A stretch of 64,000 nt of DNA from Eledone cirrhosa (lineage: Eukaryota). Below the pieces are notes generated by a model that worked only from the letters and a program-made list of their open reading frames with translations, had not been told where the DNA came from and did not search any database. Positions within the stretch are counted from its first letter, which is position 1, and every line of letters starts with the position of its first letter. The DNA lies in the NCBI GenBank assembly GCA_964016885.1, contig OZ024745.1, forward strand, positions 95,728,001 through 95,792,000, given 5' to 3'. Below are positions 60,797 through 64,000 of this stretch, one piece after another. The position numbers were made by a program, and so were the translations under genes.

Positions 60797-61282
60797 ATCA
60801 TCATCCTTTAACATTTGCTTTCCCTGCTAGCCATTGTTGGATGGGGTTAAATAGACCAAATCCATACTGAATTAGGGCTACTGACCTCCCAGACAGACCG
60901 AGGGGGGGGGGGGGATTGCATATCATGCATGGTATTATGTTCTAACGATTGCTCAAGGGAAGTTGTCATATCTTTGACATAACTGAAGAGCCCTCCTATT
61001 CCTTGTTTGGCAATCTTTCTATGGCTTGATGCCCATCCTATCACCAACCATTTTACAGCTTGTACTAGATGTGGATATCATGTAGATCCCCAACACTAGG
61101 GAGGTTGTCCTGTCCTTAAAACGACTGAAGGGTCCTCCTAATCCTTTGTTCGGCAAACTTTCTACAGCTAGATGCCCTTTTTATTATCAGCCACTTTACA
61201 GTGTGAACTGGGTGTGTTTATTGTGTAGATCACCAACACTAGAGAGAGGCTGGCATGTCCCTGAGTCGACTGAAGGATTCTC
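60797..61282 (-). mobile_element. Degenerate element: RTE-type 3' tail plus two tandem ~143-bp 5'UTR modules
   Basis: Units ~60940-61125 and ~61125-61275 contain GATGCCC.TCCTATCACCAACCA; tail at 60797-60845. Confidence 0.6.
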
Positions 61283-61630
61283 CCAACCATTTGTGAAAAA
61301 GTATGTAGCAGTCTAAATGACAGCTTAGTGAATGATATCTAGTCTATATAACAGGAATTTAATATTAGTTGTTATATTATAAAGCAGATGAGAAATAGTT
61401 TAATAAAACACAGCATGTAATTATCCAATACAATCCTGTAACATATTCTCTACCCTAACTTAACTGATGTAATCAACATAGAATTAATTTTTCTGACTAG
61501 AAACCAACAAAATACTATAACTGAATCCATGACCACTCAGTTGTTTATCCAACACTTTATTAATAAGACCATTTCATCGATATACTAATGAAAATTCATA
61601 TTAATATATCTCCTAAGCCTTAATGGGCTT

Positions 61631-61846
61631 TTAACCCATTAGTATTTAAACCAGCCATATCCGGCCAGAATTCTCTCACCTTTTTCTGCTCAAACTGGCT
61701 GTAGCCAGCCACTCATACTGATGTTAAGGTATTGTTCTCAAAATAAATAATATCAACTTCTTATAGATTCGATATTATGTGAGATATAGTGTTTATGGCG
61801 AAAATACAATAGTAAATATAGAGTAATGTAAATGCTACAAGATTAA
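61631..61846 (+). mobile_element. piggyBac-type MITE
   Basis: TTAA both ends, family consensus. Confidence 0.88.
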
Positions 61847-62042
61847 CAAAGTTACTTCTAAAATAATAAGTCCCATTAACTTCTTGGGTTTTAAAGAATG
61901 ATCCTTAGCTCCAGTTTCATAGAATGAAGAATATGATAAATCTCTTACTGGACAGGATACCTGATTATCACCAGTAACAGCTCCAGATTATCTATTATCC
62001 ATTCATAACTGCTAGGTCAATGAAATTATATAAAATAAGCAT

Positions 62043-62511
62043 TAGAAGTCGATGGAAGCTGTGGAGTGGGGGGACCCAAGAAGACCTGGGATGAAGTGAT
62101 AAAAGCCAACCTTACTCAATTGCTCCTCTCAAGGGCGATGACACACGACCGTGACCTCTGGCATCACGCAGTAATACAGAAGACCCGACTTCCCATAAGA
62201 ACAACCCAAAGCTGAAGCATATAGACAATATGGCCCCACACCCTCCCACTGCAAAGTGGTCATAGAGGTGCCACAGCAAAAAAGCACCCAGCCCACACTG
62301 TAAAGTGGACATGTAGGCGCCATGGAAAAAAAGCACCCAGCACTCACTGTAAATGAGATTGGTGTTAGGAAGGGCATCCAGCTGAAGAAATCAAGCCAGA
62401 ATCAGTTCCCTTATGAGCAAGACAAGGACAGCTGACTGGACACTGCCCATAACAGGACAACCCATCTAACCCATGCTAGCATGGAAGAACGGACGTAAAA
62501 CAGTGATGATG
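62043..62511 (+). mobile_element. RTE family C 3' end with modular 3'UTR
   Basis: Reverse complement of 27880-28335. Confidence 0.9.
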
Positions 62512-62661
62512 TATGTATTCTATTCAGCAAGAAATACAACATAAAACTTGCAGTGGAGTTAAACTTGTAACATATGAGTAGATAGCTCAATTACTCACCT
62601 ACTCAAACAGTTTATCTCTAGCATTTTATAAATCATTACAATAAGCATTATATGCATTATA

Positions 62662-62849
62662 CGGCAGTGGATTGGCAGTATTGGTAGAGCATCAGATACC
62701 ATGCTTAGCAACATGGAGTTGTGGCCCTTTAAGTTCTGAGTTCAAATCCGGCCGAGGTTAACTTTGCCTTTCATCCTTACAGGGTCGATAAAATAAAGTA
62801 CCAGTAATGCACTGGGATAATTGCTGGCCTTGTGCCAAAAGTAGAAACA
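62662..62849 (+). mobile_element. SINE family M
   Basis: Family consensus; flanking repeat ATTATATGCA 62647-62656/62850-62859. Confidence 0.88.
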
Positions 62850-64000
62850 ATTATATGCAACAATTTTTTAGTTTTTAATTCCTAAATAATTAAATCCAGA
62901 TAAAAAAAAATAGCTATTAAGTTAAAGTTACCAGCTAAAAATGGGCATGCTTATTGAGGAAGAAAATCCATGTGTGTTCAGAGTTTTGTGACGAAACAAA
63001 GCAGAAGAAATTTTGAAATACTTCCAAAATGTATTTTGAAAATTCCTCCTTAAAATTTCGTAGAAAAAAAAAAATTTTTTATTTAAATGTTTTATATGTC
63101 AGATACTGAATATATATCATTGTGCTTAATTACTTTTATTTGCAAATATTTTTCTATATTATTTTACCTGTTTATTTTAGAAATCAGCTTTTAAGTTGAT
63201 TCTTCTTCAAAGATACTTTAAGGTAATAATAAAATGGAATATTCACAACATATAATCAAATATTTGAAATCATGAATAAAAAATAAAATGTTAGCTATCA
63301 CAGATACTAATTTTCATACAGGATATTTCATTTTTTTAAAATGATCTTATCAATAGAACCCCCCCCCCCCTAAAACACATTAAAGGGGGGAAGTAATCAC
63401 ATGGTAATAAACAAGAAATAAAAATCAAATTTTAATCATTTTGGAATTATTCTAGAAAATGTAAATATTCAAATAATATCAATATCTGTGTACAAAACAC
63501 TAATCTTATGTCTGCAACTATAAAAATTTAAGCATAAAATTTCAATATATGGAGCCTGGCTATATTTAATTTCTAAATCAATTTACCAATAGAGTTTCAC
63601 CTTATTAGTGTTTAGGCTTCATAAAACACAACAGATAGAAGCATATGGTACAATATTATGTTACATAATGAGGTAAGAGAGTTTTATATGATGTTGAGAA
63701 GGGAGTCATTGATCCCAATCTACAAAAAGCAAATTATTGATTTTTTTTTTTATACATCATTCATAAAAGACTGGTAATATTGATTTCTATTAACTGGGTA
63801 CAAAGAACTGATTATACACAGAAAAAAAATTGCATGATCTAGTGATATACATGCATTTCCTAAAGTCATTACCAATAGAATTGGTGTAAAATCTCTTCCG
63901 TCATGAATCAAAAGAAGAATGTGAATAAAACTTGCTGGGAAATTACTTTTTCCTCAGTAGCTTTTGCCGTAAAATAATATTGGATTAGTATTTAAGCAAA

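Overview
AT-rich, repeat-dense eukaryotic DNA; the SINE/LINE repertoire suggests a coleoid cephalopod, probably an octopus (inference). Most of the window is transposon-derived. It holds an intact 1021-aa RTE-clade LINE with a C4HC3 PHD-type finger inside its RT (11103-14168) and several truncated RTE relatives. There is also a decayed L1/Tx1-clade LINE inside a (GATA)n microsatellite, a Penelope-like GIY-YIG fragment, two tRNA-headed SINE families, about 14 piggyBac-type MITEs, Tc/mariner MITEs and many micro/minisatellites. Two signals are not explained by the ORF track. (1) A chain of about 17 short GT-AG-bounded segments on the minus strand (~58.0 kb down to ~4.8 kb) translates, in order, to something resembling SLC9C/sNHE (sperm voltage- and cAMP-gated Na+/H+ exchanger), with stops, frameshifts and a MITE insertion, i.e. 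a probable intron-containing pseudogene. (2) Several short elements in (TA)n tracts carry type I hammerhead ribozyme folds and/or terminal fold-back hairpins, as known for Penelope-like termini. All homology calls are by eye and from memory and need confirmation by database search.
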